From the NCBI GenBank assembly GCA_041694885.1, contig JBGFRX010000016.1:86-64085 (forward strand): a DNA stretch of 64,000 nt, in the 5' to 3' direction. The notes under the pieces are model-generated. The model did not search any database, was not told the origin of the DNA, and saw only the letters and a program-made list of their open reading frames with translations. The translations under genes and the position numbers were made by a program. Origin of the DNA: Candidatus Micrarchaeota archaeon. Its GTDB lineage: Archaea > Micrarchaeota > Micrarchaeia > Anstonellales > Bilamarchaeaceae. Of the stretch, positions 56,164-64,000 are shown one piece after another; position 1 is the first letter of the stretch, and each line of letters starts with the position of its first letter.

Positions 56164-56413
56164 ACACTGAGAGCACCCTACTTCATACCTAACACCTCGC
56201 TTCCTGTTGATTTGTTTTTTGAGGCAAGATGTTGACCCTATTGCGTGGAGAACCGGGGTTAAAGGGGCAAAAAACTAACGCCCCGACCATGACTTTGCAA
56301 CAGTTGTCGCAAATTATAGGCCTCCGCTAAAGGATGACCCGAACAAATGAAGTTACGCTCAGGGGATTGGAGAGAACGACGAATCGTTCTCTGCTCCCTG
56401 GTGCTCACTGCGT
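56164..56413 (-). ncRNA. Unassigned ~250-nt structured RNA directly 3' of tRNA-Asn
   Basis: Terminal helix 12/14 bp, nested ACTTCAT/ATGAAGT and at least 5 hairpins; G-U pairs consistently favour the minus strand. Confidence 0.65.
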
Positions 56414-56414
56414 T

Positions 56415-56513
56415 CGCCCCGGGGAAGACTCGAACTTCCGGCCTACTGATGTCTGTTTCCAGCTTTGAACCAGATTTAACAGTCAGTCGCTCTACCAACT
56501 GAGCTACCGAGGC
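56415..56513 (-). tRNA. tRNA-Asn(GUU) with 26-nt intron at 37/38 (56451-56476)
   Basis: GCCTCGG/CCGGGGC plus G73, ACTGA-CT-GTT-A...A-TCAGT, TTCGAGT loop, central helix CTGT/ACAG. Confidence 0.95.
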
Positions 56514-56529
56514 AAGTGATGACAAATGA

Positions 56530-56579
56530 CCGTTTTCAGTTTCGGGTTTCGAAATGCAAAACTCAGAACTGGAAACCGT
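56530..56579. repeat. Inverted heptamer array upstream of tRNA-Asn
   Basis: CCGTTTT CAGTTTC GGGTTTC G AAATGCA AAACTCA GAACTGG AAACCGT. Confidence 0.65.
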
Positions 56580-56624
56580 GAAATAGAAGCAAATAATGCC
56601 AAAAAATGTTTATAAAGGGCTGGG

Positions 56625-56753
56625 CTAACCTACTGAGCACGTACTCCAGCCGCAAACCATGCATTGCTTGCAACTCTCTGCAAACACGAGTTTTGCCCCG
56701 CATGCCGGGCATATCCCCTTCCTTATCTTCTCCTCGTCGTCCTTGTCTCTCAT
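56625..56753 (-). CDS. 42-aa Cys-rich peptide resembling the class II RNR (NrdJ) C-terminal Zn finger
   Basis: MRDKDDEEKIRKGICPACGAKLVFAESCKQCMVCGWSTCSVG; SD-like AGTGA overlaps the upstream stop; not in ORF track. Confidence 0.75.
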   Translation of the reverse strand: MRDKDDEEKIRKGICPACGAKLVFAESCKQCMVCGWSTCSVG

Positions 56754-56758
56754 GAAAA

Positions 56759-57073
56759 TCACTTCTTCCCAAAGAGTCCTTCAGGCACCATCTTAAGCTC
56801 ACCCAGGAAAGAGAACCAGTTCCCTTCGCCCTTGAGCTTTTCCAAGATTTCAGCAGCGTCCTTGAGCAGCATCTTGGAGCCCTTCTTGGAGCCAGAAAAC
56901 AGCCACATCCTAAAAAGCAATTCCGTAATTCCAACTTTCTTGAACCCCTTTTTCTTCCATTTCTCCAGGAATTCCTTTGTTTCTCTTTCCCTGATGAATT
57001 TCGCGTAATCGGTCACTACCTGCTCTATGTGCTCCTCTTCCTCCTCCTTCATCTCCCCATATTTTATTTTCAT
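56759..57073 (-). CDS. Hypothetical protein, 104 aa
   Basis: GGTGG SD, TATA upstream, K/E-rich composition like host proteins. Confidence 0.7.
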   Translation of the reverse strand: MKIKYGEMKEEEEEHIEQVVTDYAKFIRERETKEFLEKWKKKGFKKVGITELLFRMWLFSGSKKGSKMLLKDAAEILEKLKGEGNWFSFLGELKMVPEGLFGKK

Positions 57074-57148
57074 TTTGCCACCATTCGCGCATTTCTGATT
57101 TTTTCACCGTTCGCCTGCACTCCTTTTCCTTAAGAAATATATAAACCT

Positions 57149-57634
57149 TTATTTCTTGTACCCGATTTTCCTAAGGAACTCGCGCCTCGCCTTCCTTTCC
57201 TCCTTATCCTCGATCCCCGCGGGCGTCTCACCATCAATAACCCCAAGAACGCCCCTTCCCCTATTATTCTCCGCGATGATTGCTTGAAGGGGATTCGCGG
57301 TCGCAACAAATATCGTGCACACTTCGCCCACGTTCTTTAGCCGGTTCAGCACATTGATCGGATAGCCGTTTCTCAAAAAAACGATGAACGCGTGCCCGCA
57401 GCCGATTTTCATCGCCTCCTTTTCAGCAGCCTCTCTCAATTCATCGTCATTCCCCTCGCTTCTAACCAGCCGCTTTCCAGACGCCTCGCAGAACGCAAGC
57501 CCGAATTTCAGGGAAGGGGAGCTCTCAACAAGCGTCTCGTACAAGTCCTCTACGCTCTTTATGAAGTGTGTCTGGCCCAAAATCACGTTTGCATCTTTCG
57601 GAATTTCAATCTCCACGGATTTTATTTCGACCAT
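57149..57634 (-). CDS. Adenosine-specific kinase family (DUF355/PAE2307-like)
   Basis: NVILGQTHFIKSVEDL, FCEASG, GCGH, ATANP, FLRKIGYK. Confidence 0.9.
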   Translation of the reverse strand: MVEIKSVEIEIPKDANVILGQTHFIKSVEDLYETLVESSPSLKFGLAFCEASGKRLVRSEGNDDELREAAEKEAMKIGCGHAFIVFLRNGYPINVLNRLKNVGEVCTIFVATANPLQAIIAENNRGRGVLGVIDGETPAGIEDKEERKARREFLRKIGYKK

Positions 57635-57910
57635 CTAAACCACTAGTGCGTCTTTTTTCACAATTGCTGGCAGATAAGCAATCAGCGCCCAGATTCCAGA
57701 AATGGAGGCGACAATCGCGGTTCCGAGCACCAGATCATCTATAGGATTCGCGCTCGAAAAAAGCTCTCCGTTCCACAAATGGTCCACGAACCCGAAAACT
57801 GTACCTCCTAAAAGCATCAGATTAAAGGAGCGGAGTTCCGGCGAGTCGCAGCGCCTTCTCAGCGCATACACCAGAACCGCGGACACAACGGACAGAATAT
57901 AACAAACCAT
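57635..57910 (-). CDS. Small hypothetical membrane protein
   Basis: 3 TMs, MLLGGTVFGFVDHLWNGEL. Confidence 0.7.
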   Translation of the reverse strand: MVCYILSVVSAVLVYALRRRCDSPELRSFNLMLLGGTVFGFVDHLWNGELFSSANPIDDLVLGTAIVASISGIWALIAYLPAIVKKDALVV

Positions 57911-58071
57911 TTTCCCACCACTAAAATAGGGCGGGAAAACGAATATAAACCCTAAGTTCGCACTGGAAAAGTACGGAATACGAAGGGATAAGGAAAAAAA
58001 CCGAAGAAGTCGGGTTCAGAAGCAAAATCCCAGCAGTCCAGGAAGTGATTGCGAAGACAAAATTTTTCGTC

Positions 58072-58494
58072 TTATAAGTCCAATTCCCTTATTATCCTGC
58101 TGCTTTTCAGCTTCTCCGGCTCCACATGTTCCTTAAGTTTCACTATCTCCACTTCTTCGGGCTTCAAAAACGCATCCTGATCATAGCCGTAAATTATCAC
58201 ATCCGGTTTCACTTTCCGCACCGTCTCATCGCTGTCCTTCCCTCCAAGCACGACTGCATCAACCGGCTTCAAAAAATTGACCATCGCAGCCCTGTATTCC
58301 TGCGAATGCACCGGCTTCCTGCCCTTCTTCATTATGTGCTCGTCGGACGCAACCACGACTACGAGGAAACCGCAGTGCTTTTTCGCCTCGTTCAAAGTAA
58401 AAACATGGCCGTAATGGAGCACATCGAAAACGCCGCCTGCGAGCCCTATCCTAAGGCCCTTTTTCCTTGCTTCCTCGATGTCCAATGCAAACAC
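58072..58494 (-). CDS. ribL: FAD synthetase RibL-like nucleotidyltransferase
   Basis: GGVFDVLHYGH, VVVASD, KPDVIIYGYDQ, SSRI. Confidence 0.85.
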   Translation of the reverse strand: MFALDIEEARKKGLRIGLAGGVFDVLHYGHVFTLNEAKKHCGFLVVVVASDEHIMKKGRKPVHSQEYRAAMVNFLKPVDAVVLGGKDSDETVRKVKPDVIIYGYDQDAFLKPEEVEIVKLKEHVEPEKLKSSRIIRELDL

Positions 58495-59508
58495 CTATAC
58501 AAAAGCAGCCATTTCCCTTATTTCGAGAGGAATGAAAATCTTCGCTTTTTTCAGGGAAACAATGTCCTTAGAGCCGGTGAGGAACATGCACACCTTGAGC
58601 TGCTCCTTCCATAAGTTGATTTCACTTTCAAGTTTTCCCTTCCCATATGCGCGCAGGAACGGCTGCGCAGCCCCACCAAGTTCAGCGCCGAGCGCAATTG
58701 CCTTAGCAACGTCTATCCCGCTTCTTACTCCTCCGCTCGCAATCAAAGGCAAAATCCCCTTATCAGCGAGTAGGCCTGCAACAGTGGGAATTCCCCATTC
58801 AGCGAAGCCCGGAACTCCCCCGCCCCTTTCGTATTCTATTGCGCTCCAGGAAGTTCCTCCTGCGCCTGCAACGTCTATATATTTCACTCCCGCTTCCCTG
58901 AGTTTTTTCGCTGCTTCGCTTCCTATTCCCGCACCAGTTTCCTTGGCAATAACAGGAACTGAAAGCTTTTCGCACGTTATCTTTATCGCGTCCAAAATCA
59001 CTGAGAAATCACGATCCCCTTCCAGCTGTATTATCTCCTGCAAAGGATTCAAATGCACGGCAAGCGCGTCCGCATCAACAGAAGAAACAAGTTTCTCTAT
59101 TTTCCCGAACGAATATTTTTTCAGCTGATAAGCCCCTATGTTGGCAATTATCGGAACAGAAGGGGCTACGTCGCGCACAAAATACGTTTTCGCAAGGGCC
59201 AGCTCTTCAAGCATAGCCCTCTGGCTTCCAAGCCCCAGAGCGACTTTTGTTTTTTCCGCAACTTCCGCGAGCGCCCGATTTATTTTTCCTCCTTCGGGAT
59301 AGCCGCCAGTCATCGCCTCAATAATGATGGGCGCATCCAGTTTCCTGTTCAAAAATTCCGTTTTTGTGCTTATACGGTCGAAATCCAGTTCTGGAAGGGC
59401 GTTGTGCACCAATGTTATTTTCCCGAATCCCGCGCTTTTCGCGTACTGCACATCTTTTTTCATCGCTATTGAAACATGGTCTGATTTTCGTTTGCGCGTG
59501 GTTTTCAT
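58495..59508 (-). CDS. fni: Type 2 isopentenyl-diphosphate isomerase
   Basis: RKSDH, AMTGG, GSQRA, HLNPLQE, KETGAG, GAGGTSW. Confidence 0.96.
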   Translation of the reverse strand: MKTTRKRKSDHVSIAMKKDVQYAKSAGFGKITLVHNALPELDFDRISTKTEFLNRKLDAPIIIEAMTGGYPEGGKINRALAEVAEKTKVALGLGSQRAMLEELALAKTYFVRDVAPSVPIIANIGAYQLKKYSFGKIEKLVSSVDADALAVHLNPLQEIIQLEGDRDFSVILDAIKITCEKLSVPVIAKETGAGIGSEAAKKLREAGVKYIDVAGAGGTSWSAIEYERGGGVPGFAEWGIPTVAGLLADKGILPLIASGGVRSGIDVAKAIALGAELGGAAQPFLRAYGKGKLESEINLWKEQLKVCMFLTGSKDIVSLKKAKIFIPLEIREMAAFV

Positions 59509-59585
59509 CTTCTTCCCTTATCGTTTGGTTTCTTCATTCGCAAATTGTGTCTGTTTTTCCATTCAGTTGCATCCGCCTGTCAATA

Positions 59586-60410
59586 TTATTTCGTTCCTTC
59601 TTTGGCGAATATTACGCTCGCGTATCCTACAACTGTGGAATAATCGCCGCTTGCCTTCCCTGAATTTGTATACTTAAAGGTTTTCCCTTTTTTAATCCCC
59701 TTCACTTTTGCGTATTCTATCAGAGCAGCTATAGGGCCATGGCCGCACACGCTCCACCCGAATTTCCTGAGTGCATTCCCGAATCCGGATGCGTCCATGT
59801 CCTCTATGTACTCTAGTGCCTTCCTGTCCTTCTTTTCCGCAACATCGGAAGGAAGATAGTGGGAAAAATCCGAGCTCGCAATTACCACATGTTTTTTAGC
59901 GTCTAATGATTTCGCAAGTGCATTCCCCACGTCTTTCGCGCTTTCGTAGTCCTGGCTCATCATACATATGCACACGATTTTCGCATCCGGATTTATTTTC
60001 TGCACGAACGGAACCTGCACTTCGATGGAGTGCTCGTGGAGGTGCGCCCTCTCGTCGAAATCGATGAATTTGGAATTTTTCTGTATCTTCTTCGCAAGTT
60101 CCTTGTCGCATCCCGCAACTCCCATGGGGGTCTCCCAGTCCTCGAGAGAGAGCGAAAGCAGGCTCCCTTCTCCGCTGTGGTTCGGACCCAAAATTACAAC
60201 CGTCTCGGCTTTTTTTAAATTCGCAATCGAAACATAGGTGATAGCCGCGGTTTCGCCGGAATAAATGTAGCCGGCGTGCGGGCAAATGCCCCCGAGCGCA
60301 TTAACAGGTCTGAATTTCGCCCCTGCCTTATTCAAATAATCATTGAGCATTGCATCCAGCCTGCTTTTTTCTCCAGGATAAAAGTAGCCGGCAACTGCTG
60401 CGGTTCGCAT
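59586..60410 (-). CDS. MEMO1 family protein (AmmeMemoRadiSam protein B)
   Basis: VAGYFYP, PHAGYIYSG, GPNH, EHSIEVQ, SSDFSHY, VVGYAS. Confidence 0.94.
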   Translation of the reverse strand: MRTAAVAGYFYPGEKSRLDAMLNDYLNKAGAKFRPVNALGGICPHAGYIYSGETAAITYVSIANLKKAETVVILGPNHSGEGSLLSLSLEDWETPMGVAGCDKELAKKIQKNSKFIDFDERAHLHEHSIEVQVPFVQKINPDAKIVCICMMSQDYESAKDVGNALAKSLDAKKHVVIASSDFSHYLPSDVAEKKDRKALEYIEDMDASGFGNALRKFGWSVCGHGPIAALIEYAKVKGIKKGKTFKYTNSGKASGDYSTVVGYASVIFAKEGTK

Positions 60411-60532
60411 ACTTGGATGTTGAATGCAAGGTATATAAATTTAATTTTGCGTGTCCAGTTCATAGGCGCTTCCCTTCGTCCTCAAAAGCAAACTTTTTAA
60501 GCATCCGGGGCCAATTGACATCAGTTGATAGC

Positions 60533-60826
60533 ATGGCAAGCGAACTCGAAAAAATAAAGGGCGCGATTGCGAGCCGCAGGAATGAGCTGGAGAGCGCCTA
60601 CTGCGTAAAGGAGATAGGGATATTCGGCTCCTACGCAAGAGGGCAGCAGAAAAAGAAAAGCGACGTGGACGTGCTTGTGGAATTCCGGAAACCAGTGGGG
60701 CTAGAGTTCATCGACCTGCGCGACTATTTAGAGCGCCTGCTTGGAAAGAAGGTGGACCTCGTGACCCCGCGGGCGCTGAAGCCGCGGATGAGGGATCAGG
60801 TAATGCGGGAGGTCGTTGCCGTATGA
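60533..60826 (+). CDS. MNT minimal nucleotidyltransferase antitoxin
   Basis: IFGSYARG..SDVDVLV, LLGKKVDLV. Confidence 0.92.
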   Translation: MASELEKIKGAIASRRNELESAYCVKEIGIFGSYARGQQKKKSDVDVLVEFRKPVGLEFIDLRDYLERLLGKKVDLVTPRALKPRMRDQVMREVVAV

Positions 60827-61167
60827 AGGCGCGTTCCCATGCGCTTTTTCTTGAGGATATGCTGGACGCGATGGCAAAGATAGAGGACTTCATTAATGGA
60901 ATGGATTACTCTTCGTTCGCAAACGACGATAAAACGCTGAGCGCGGTAATCAGGAAATTCGAGATCATAGGCGAAGCGGCAAAGAACATTCCGGCATCGG
61001 TAAAGGAAAAGCACCCGGAAATTCCGTGGAAAAGCATGAGCGGCCTGCGTGACGTAATCATTCACGATTATTTCGGAATAGATGCGGAAATAATATGGAA
61101 CATCGCAAGTAGGAATCTGCCTGAACTCAGGCCGATGATAAAAAAGATTCTCGAGCAAAGCGGTTAA
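60823..61167 (+). CDS. HEPN (DUF86) RNase toxin
   Basis: EIIGEAAK, IPW, RDVIIHDY (Rx4HxY); ATGA overlap with MNT. Confidence 0.92.
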   Translation: MKARSHALFLEDMLDAMAKIEDFINGMDYSSFANDDKTLSAVIRKFEIIGEAAKNIPASVKEKHPEIPWKSMSGLRDVIIHDYFGIDAEIIWNIASRNLPELRPMIKKILEQSG

Positions 61168-61170
61168 TCA

Positions 61171-62007
61171 TCAGTGTATGTAGTATCCGCTTCCATTCGT
61201 CCTCAAAACGATAGTCCCGTTCAAATCCGTCCTCAAAATCTCTGCTCCCGCGGCTCGCAGCCGTTCCAACGTTTCGTTCGCAGGATGGCCGTAGTTGTTC
61301 TCGCCCACTTCGATAACCGCAAGTTCGGGCGTAACCTTGCCCAAAAATACAGAACTTGTTGCGTACTTGCTCCCGTGGTGCGCCACCTTCAAAACATCTG
61401 CATCGATATTCTCATTCAGCAAATCCGCTTCGCATCTCCCATCGCAGTCCGCGGCCAGAAGGGCAGAAAAGTTTCCGAAATACAGCACAAGGACAATTGA
61501 ATTCTGGTTTGGTTCATCGCTGCCGGTGTTTGCGTGCAGGATTCTCATTTCCGCTTCGCCCAAAAGCAATTCATCATATTTTTTTGCAACGATGAGTTTT
61601 TCATCGTCAATTTCGGCTATGGTTCTGATGTAGGCATGAGTTTCCCTTTTTTGCCCGTCCACGATTACGTTCTTAACAAAAAATTTCCGCAAGATCTCGG
61701 CGCATCCGCCTATGTGATCGGAATCGGTGTGCGTCATAATCAGGTAATCGATTTTGTACACGTCCAATCCGGCAAGATAGGCGCTTATCTCCTTCCCCTT
61801 GTCGCTCCGGCCGCAGTCAATCAGCATGGTGTAATTTCCGTTCCTGAGGAAAATGGAATCGCCCTGGCTTACGTTAAGAAAAAAAATCTCCAGCGTGCTG
61901 TTCACCGTCCGGTTTCCGCTTCCGGGCCTCCAGCTCTCCATCGCGACTATCGCAATGGCCGCAAGCAGAATAAGTATAAGCGCGGCTTTTTTCCTACTCA
62001 TCGTCAT
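61171..62007 (-). CDS. ComEC/Rec2-like MBL-fold hydrolase, membrane anchored
   Basis: VSQGDS, THTDSDHIGG, NQNS, KVAHHGS, NNYGHP, RTDLNG. Confidence 0.9.
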   Translation of the reverse strand: MTMSRKKAALILILLAAIAIVAMESWRPGSGNRTVNSTLEIFFLNVSQGDSIFLRNGNYTMLIDCGRSDKGKEISAYLAGLDVYKIDYLIMTHTDSDHIGGCAEILRKFFVKNVIVDGQKRETHAYIRTIAEIDDEKLIVAKKYDELLLGEAEMRILHANTGSDEPNQNSIVLVLYFGNFSALLAADCDGRCEADLLNENIDADVLKVAHHGSKYATSSVFLGKVTPELAVIEVGENNYGHPANETLERLRAAGAEILRTDLNGTIVLRTNGSGYYIH

Positions 62008-62528
62008 TCCTTCAGTTTGTATTCCGCGAGTACGGTGTATCTTGGCCCGCCAGGAGTCAGTTCGCTTTGCATAAGGTAGAATTTCTCCGGCTTGAAATCG
62101 CCGAAACGCCATTCGCGGTATTTTTCCAAAAACGCCTTCAGTTCAACCTTCCTTTTCACCCGCGCAAGCGTGAGATGGCCGGTGAAGGGCTCTGTGGCAA
62201 AATCCGGTGCAAGCGCTTCGTTCACCTTTTGCGCAAGTTCGGCAAACTCCCTGGTTTTGCAGCCGGCCCACACCACGCGCACGTAATTCCCGTTCGGAAA
62301 AGTCCCGACTCCTTTCACAACCGCCTCGAATTCCTTGTGCCTGATCGAGCGCAGCGCATTATCTATCTGCTGGATCTTCTTGGGATTCACCTCGCCAAGG
62401 AATTTGAGCGTGAGGTGCATGTTTTCGGTGTTTACTAAGGCGAGCCCTTCAGAAGGAAGGTTCATCTGCACTCCGTGTACCGCCCTTTTTATCCAGGGCG
62501 GGACATCGATCGCTATAAAGAGACGCAT
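62004..62528 (-). CDS. thpR: RNA 2',3'-cyclic phosphodiesterase (2H family)
   Basis: MRLFIAID, HLTLKFLGE, HLTLAR, SELTPGGPRY. Confidence 0.94.
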   Translation of the reverse strand: MRLFIAIDVPPWIKRAVHGVQMNLPSEGLALVNTENMHLTLKFLGEVNPKKIQQIDNALRSIRHKEFEAVVKGVGTFPNGNYVRVVWAGCKTREFAELAQKVNEALAPDFATEPFTGHLTLARVKRKVELKAFLEKYREWRFGDFKPEKFYLMQSELTPGGPRYTVLAEYKLKE

Positions 62529-62730
62529 AAGCCGGATTTGGGAAAAGAGGTTTATAACCTGTTCGCGCAAGCGTTCTAAGTTTTCCGGCTCCTCAAGCGC
62601 CTTGTTCCAGCAGTTGTGTGCAGCACATTCTTCCCGAAATCTGCTCTGGATAGTAATTTGTGCATATTAAGCATTATTCATGTAAAATGTTTCTATAAAC
62701 ATTTATTAATCGCGTTTCTGAAAACCATTT

Positions 62731-63270
62731 ATGATTATTATCGTAGCCGGCTTCAGGGGAAGCGGAAAATCGGAATTCGGCGCTATTGCAAAGGAAATGG
62801 GTTTCCCGGTTTTCGAGATGAGCGGACCGGTGCTTGCGCTGATTGAGGAGCTCGGGCTCAGGGCAACTAACGAGAGCGTGCGCACCTTCGCCACGGATTT
62901 CAGGGAAAGGGGCGGCTCGGACGCAGTAGCGAAACTCCTTCTTCCACGAATCAAACTCGCGCTCCAGCAGAGCAGAACAGTAGTGGTGATAGGCGCGCGG
63001 AGCGAAGAGGAAACAGCACTATTCCGAGGCGCCGGACAGGTGCTGACCGTGGCGATATTGTCAGAGGAAAAAAAGCGCTTCGGGCGGATAAGGGCAAGGG
63101 AAAAGGAAAGCGATCCGAAAACCATGCGGGATTTCAGATGGGCTGACAAAGTGGAGGCGAAATGGGGACTGAAGGCGCTTTTGGAATCGTGCGAAGTTAA
63201 AATCGCGAACAACAACAGCGGGGAAAAGTTCAGGGAGAAGGTAAGGACCTTGCTGGAAAAATACAGGTAG
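62731..63270 (+). CDS. P-loop nucleotide kinase (dephospho-CoA kinase-like)
   Basis: AGFRGSGKS, GARSEEE, RFGRIRAR. Confidence 0.8.
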   Translation: MIIIVAGFRGSGKSEFGAIAKEMGFPVFEMSGPVLALIEELGLRATNESVRTFATDFRERGGSDAVAKLLLPRIKLALQQSRTVVVIGARSEEETALFRGAGQVLTVAILSEEKKRFGRIRAREKESDPKTMRDFRWADKVEAKWGLKALLESCEVKIANNNSGEKFREKVRTLLEKYR

Positions 63271-63299
63271 GGTGCGCTGCAACCTGAGTATGGTGCGAT

Positions 63300-64000
63300 A
63301 TGTTCGATTCCCTGAAAATGCTCCACTCGTTCGGCATCCAGGACGGAGAAATTTTCCACTTGAGGCAGGGCACGTTCGTTTACGAATATTCCGGGAATTC
63401 GCTCAAAGTAAAGAACTCTGGAACGGACGAGGGCTTTGGAATAAGGGTACTGAATGACAAAAAAATAGGTTTTTCTTACGCGAATTCGAAATCGAAAGTT
63501 CCGGATGCGGTGAAGAGTGCGCTTTCGATTTCGAAATTCTCCGCTTCCTCTTCATTTTCCTTTGCGCAAAAGCAGAAATATGCGCCTGGGAGCATTTACG
63601 ACAAACGGATCGCTGAAGCGGACGAAAAACAGCTGAAGGAAATCGTGCTGGAAATGGAAGAAGGGATAAAAAAGCATTCCGAGCCGGTGCGAATGGTGCT
63701 CGTTTCCCAGATGAACGAAACTGCCATAGCGAATACGGATCTGCTTTTTGCAAGCGCCAGAGGAACTTCGTTCATGGCATACGCCGAAGCCAAGAACGGA
63801 AACGGAATGGGGATCGCAGAGCATTCGCACTACAAAATCCTGGAAAAACCGTACGAACTGGGAGAAAAAGCAGGGCTGATGGCCAAGGAAATGAGAAGTC
63901 CGAAAAAAATCGCATCGGGAAAATATCCGGTTGTTTTTTCCCACGAAACGCTCTCCTCGCTTTTCGACCTTCTGCTCTATTCGTTTTCAGGCGAATTGAA
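63300..64000 (+). CDS. TldD/PmbA family protein, truncated by window edge
   Basis: Manual translation MFDSLKMLHS...EGFGIRVLNDKKIGFSYAN...IASGKYPVVFS; not in ORF track. Confidence 0.85.
   Translation, partial: MFDSLKMLHSFGIQDGEIFHLRQGTFVYEYSGNSLKVKNSGTDEGFGIRVLNDKKIGFSYANSKSKVPDAVKSALSISKFSASSSFSFAQKQKYAPGSIYDKRIAEADEKQLKEIVLEMEEGIKKHSEPVRMVLVSQMNETAIANTDLLFASARGTSFMAYAEAKNGNGMGIAEHSHYKILEKPYELGEKAGLMAKEMRSPKKIASGKYPVVFSHETLSSLFDLLLYSFSGEL

Noticed and set aside
56164..56413. Calling the RNA RNase P or SRP RNA
   Set aside because: No ACAGAA-type CR-V, no bulged-U P4, no separate P2 and no SRP helix 8 motif
56259..56525. 88-aa ORF
   Set aside because: Overlaps tRNA-Asn and the structured RNA; no protein features
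62570..62730. Short ORFs between thpR and the kinase gene
   Set aside because: Under about 35 aa, no SD or recognisable motif; likely divergent promoter region
1..64000. CRISPR array, transposase, integrase, rRNA, intein
   Set aside because: No regularly spaced repeats or matching motifs seen; conserved proteins have normal lengths

Overview
Archaeal chromosomal segment, mostly core genes. GGTGA-type SD motifs, TTTATAAA TATA boxes, BHB-type tRNA introns and gene content suggest a DPANN lineage such as Micrarchaeota; this is inference, not tested. It contains the exosome superoperon (rrp4-rrp41-rrp42-rpl37ae-rpoP-brix-pcc1-pfdB-DHH), purA, smc, aguBA, ether-lipid genes, pyrEF, glyS, endoQ, two purP, rbkR, class I gap, uppS, a type IV pilus-like ATPase/platform pair, ahcY, a ribosomal operon running rps17p to rpl14e, fni, an MNT-HEPN toxin-antitoxin pair and three intron-containing tRNAs (Ser, Met with two introns, Asn). 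I found no CRISPR array, rRNA or transposase. Most unusual items: (1) a sigma70-like protein with sigma2 and two sigma4-like domains, and a GAF-GGDEF protein, both bacterial-type regulators; (2) an unassigned ~250-nt multi-helix RNA directly 3' of tRNA-Asn, plus other structured non-coding elements nearby; (3) a C/D box sRNA predicted to guide the 23S U2552 equivalent; (4) a dispersed 7-nt-period repeat family in spacers, protein termini and tRNA introns; (5) a duplicated-RBS/uORF switch-like element before rrp42; (6) a cysteine-free RpoP and a stand-alone 42-aa NrdJ-like C-terminal Cys finger, both missing from the ORF track. All assignments come from manual motif reading; no searches were run.
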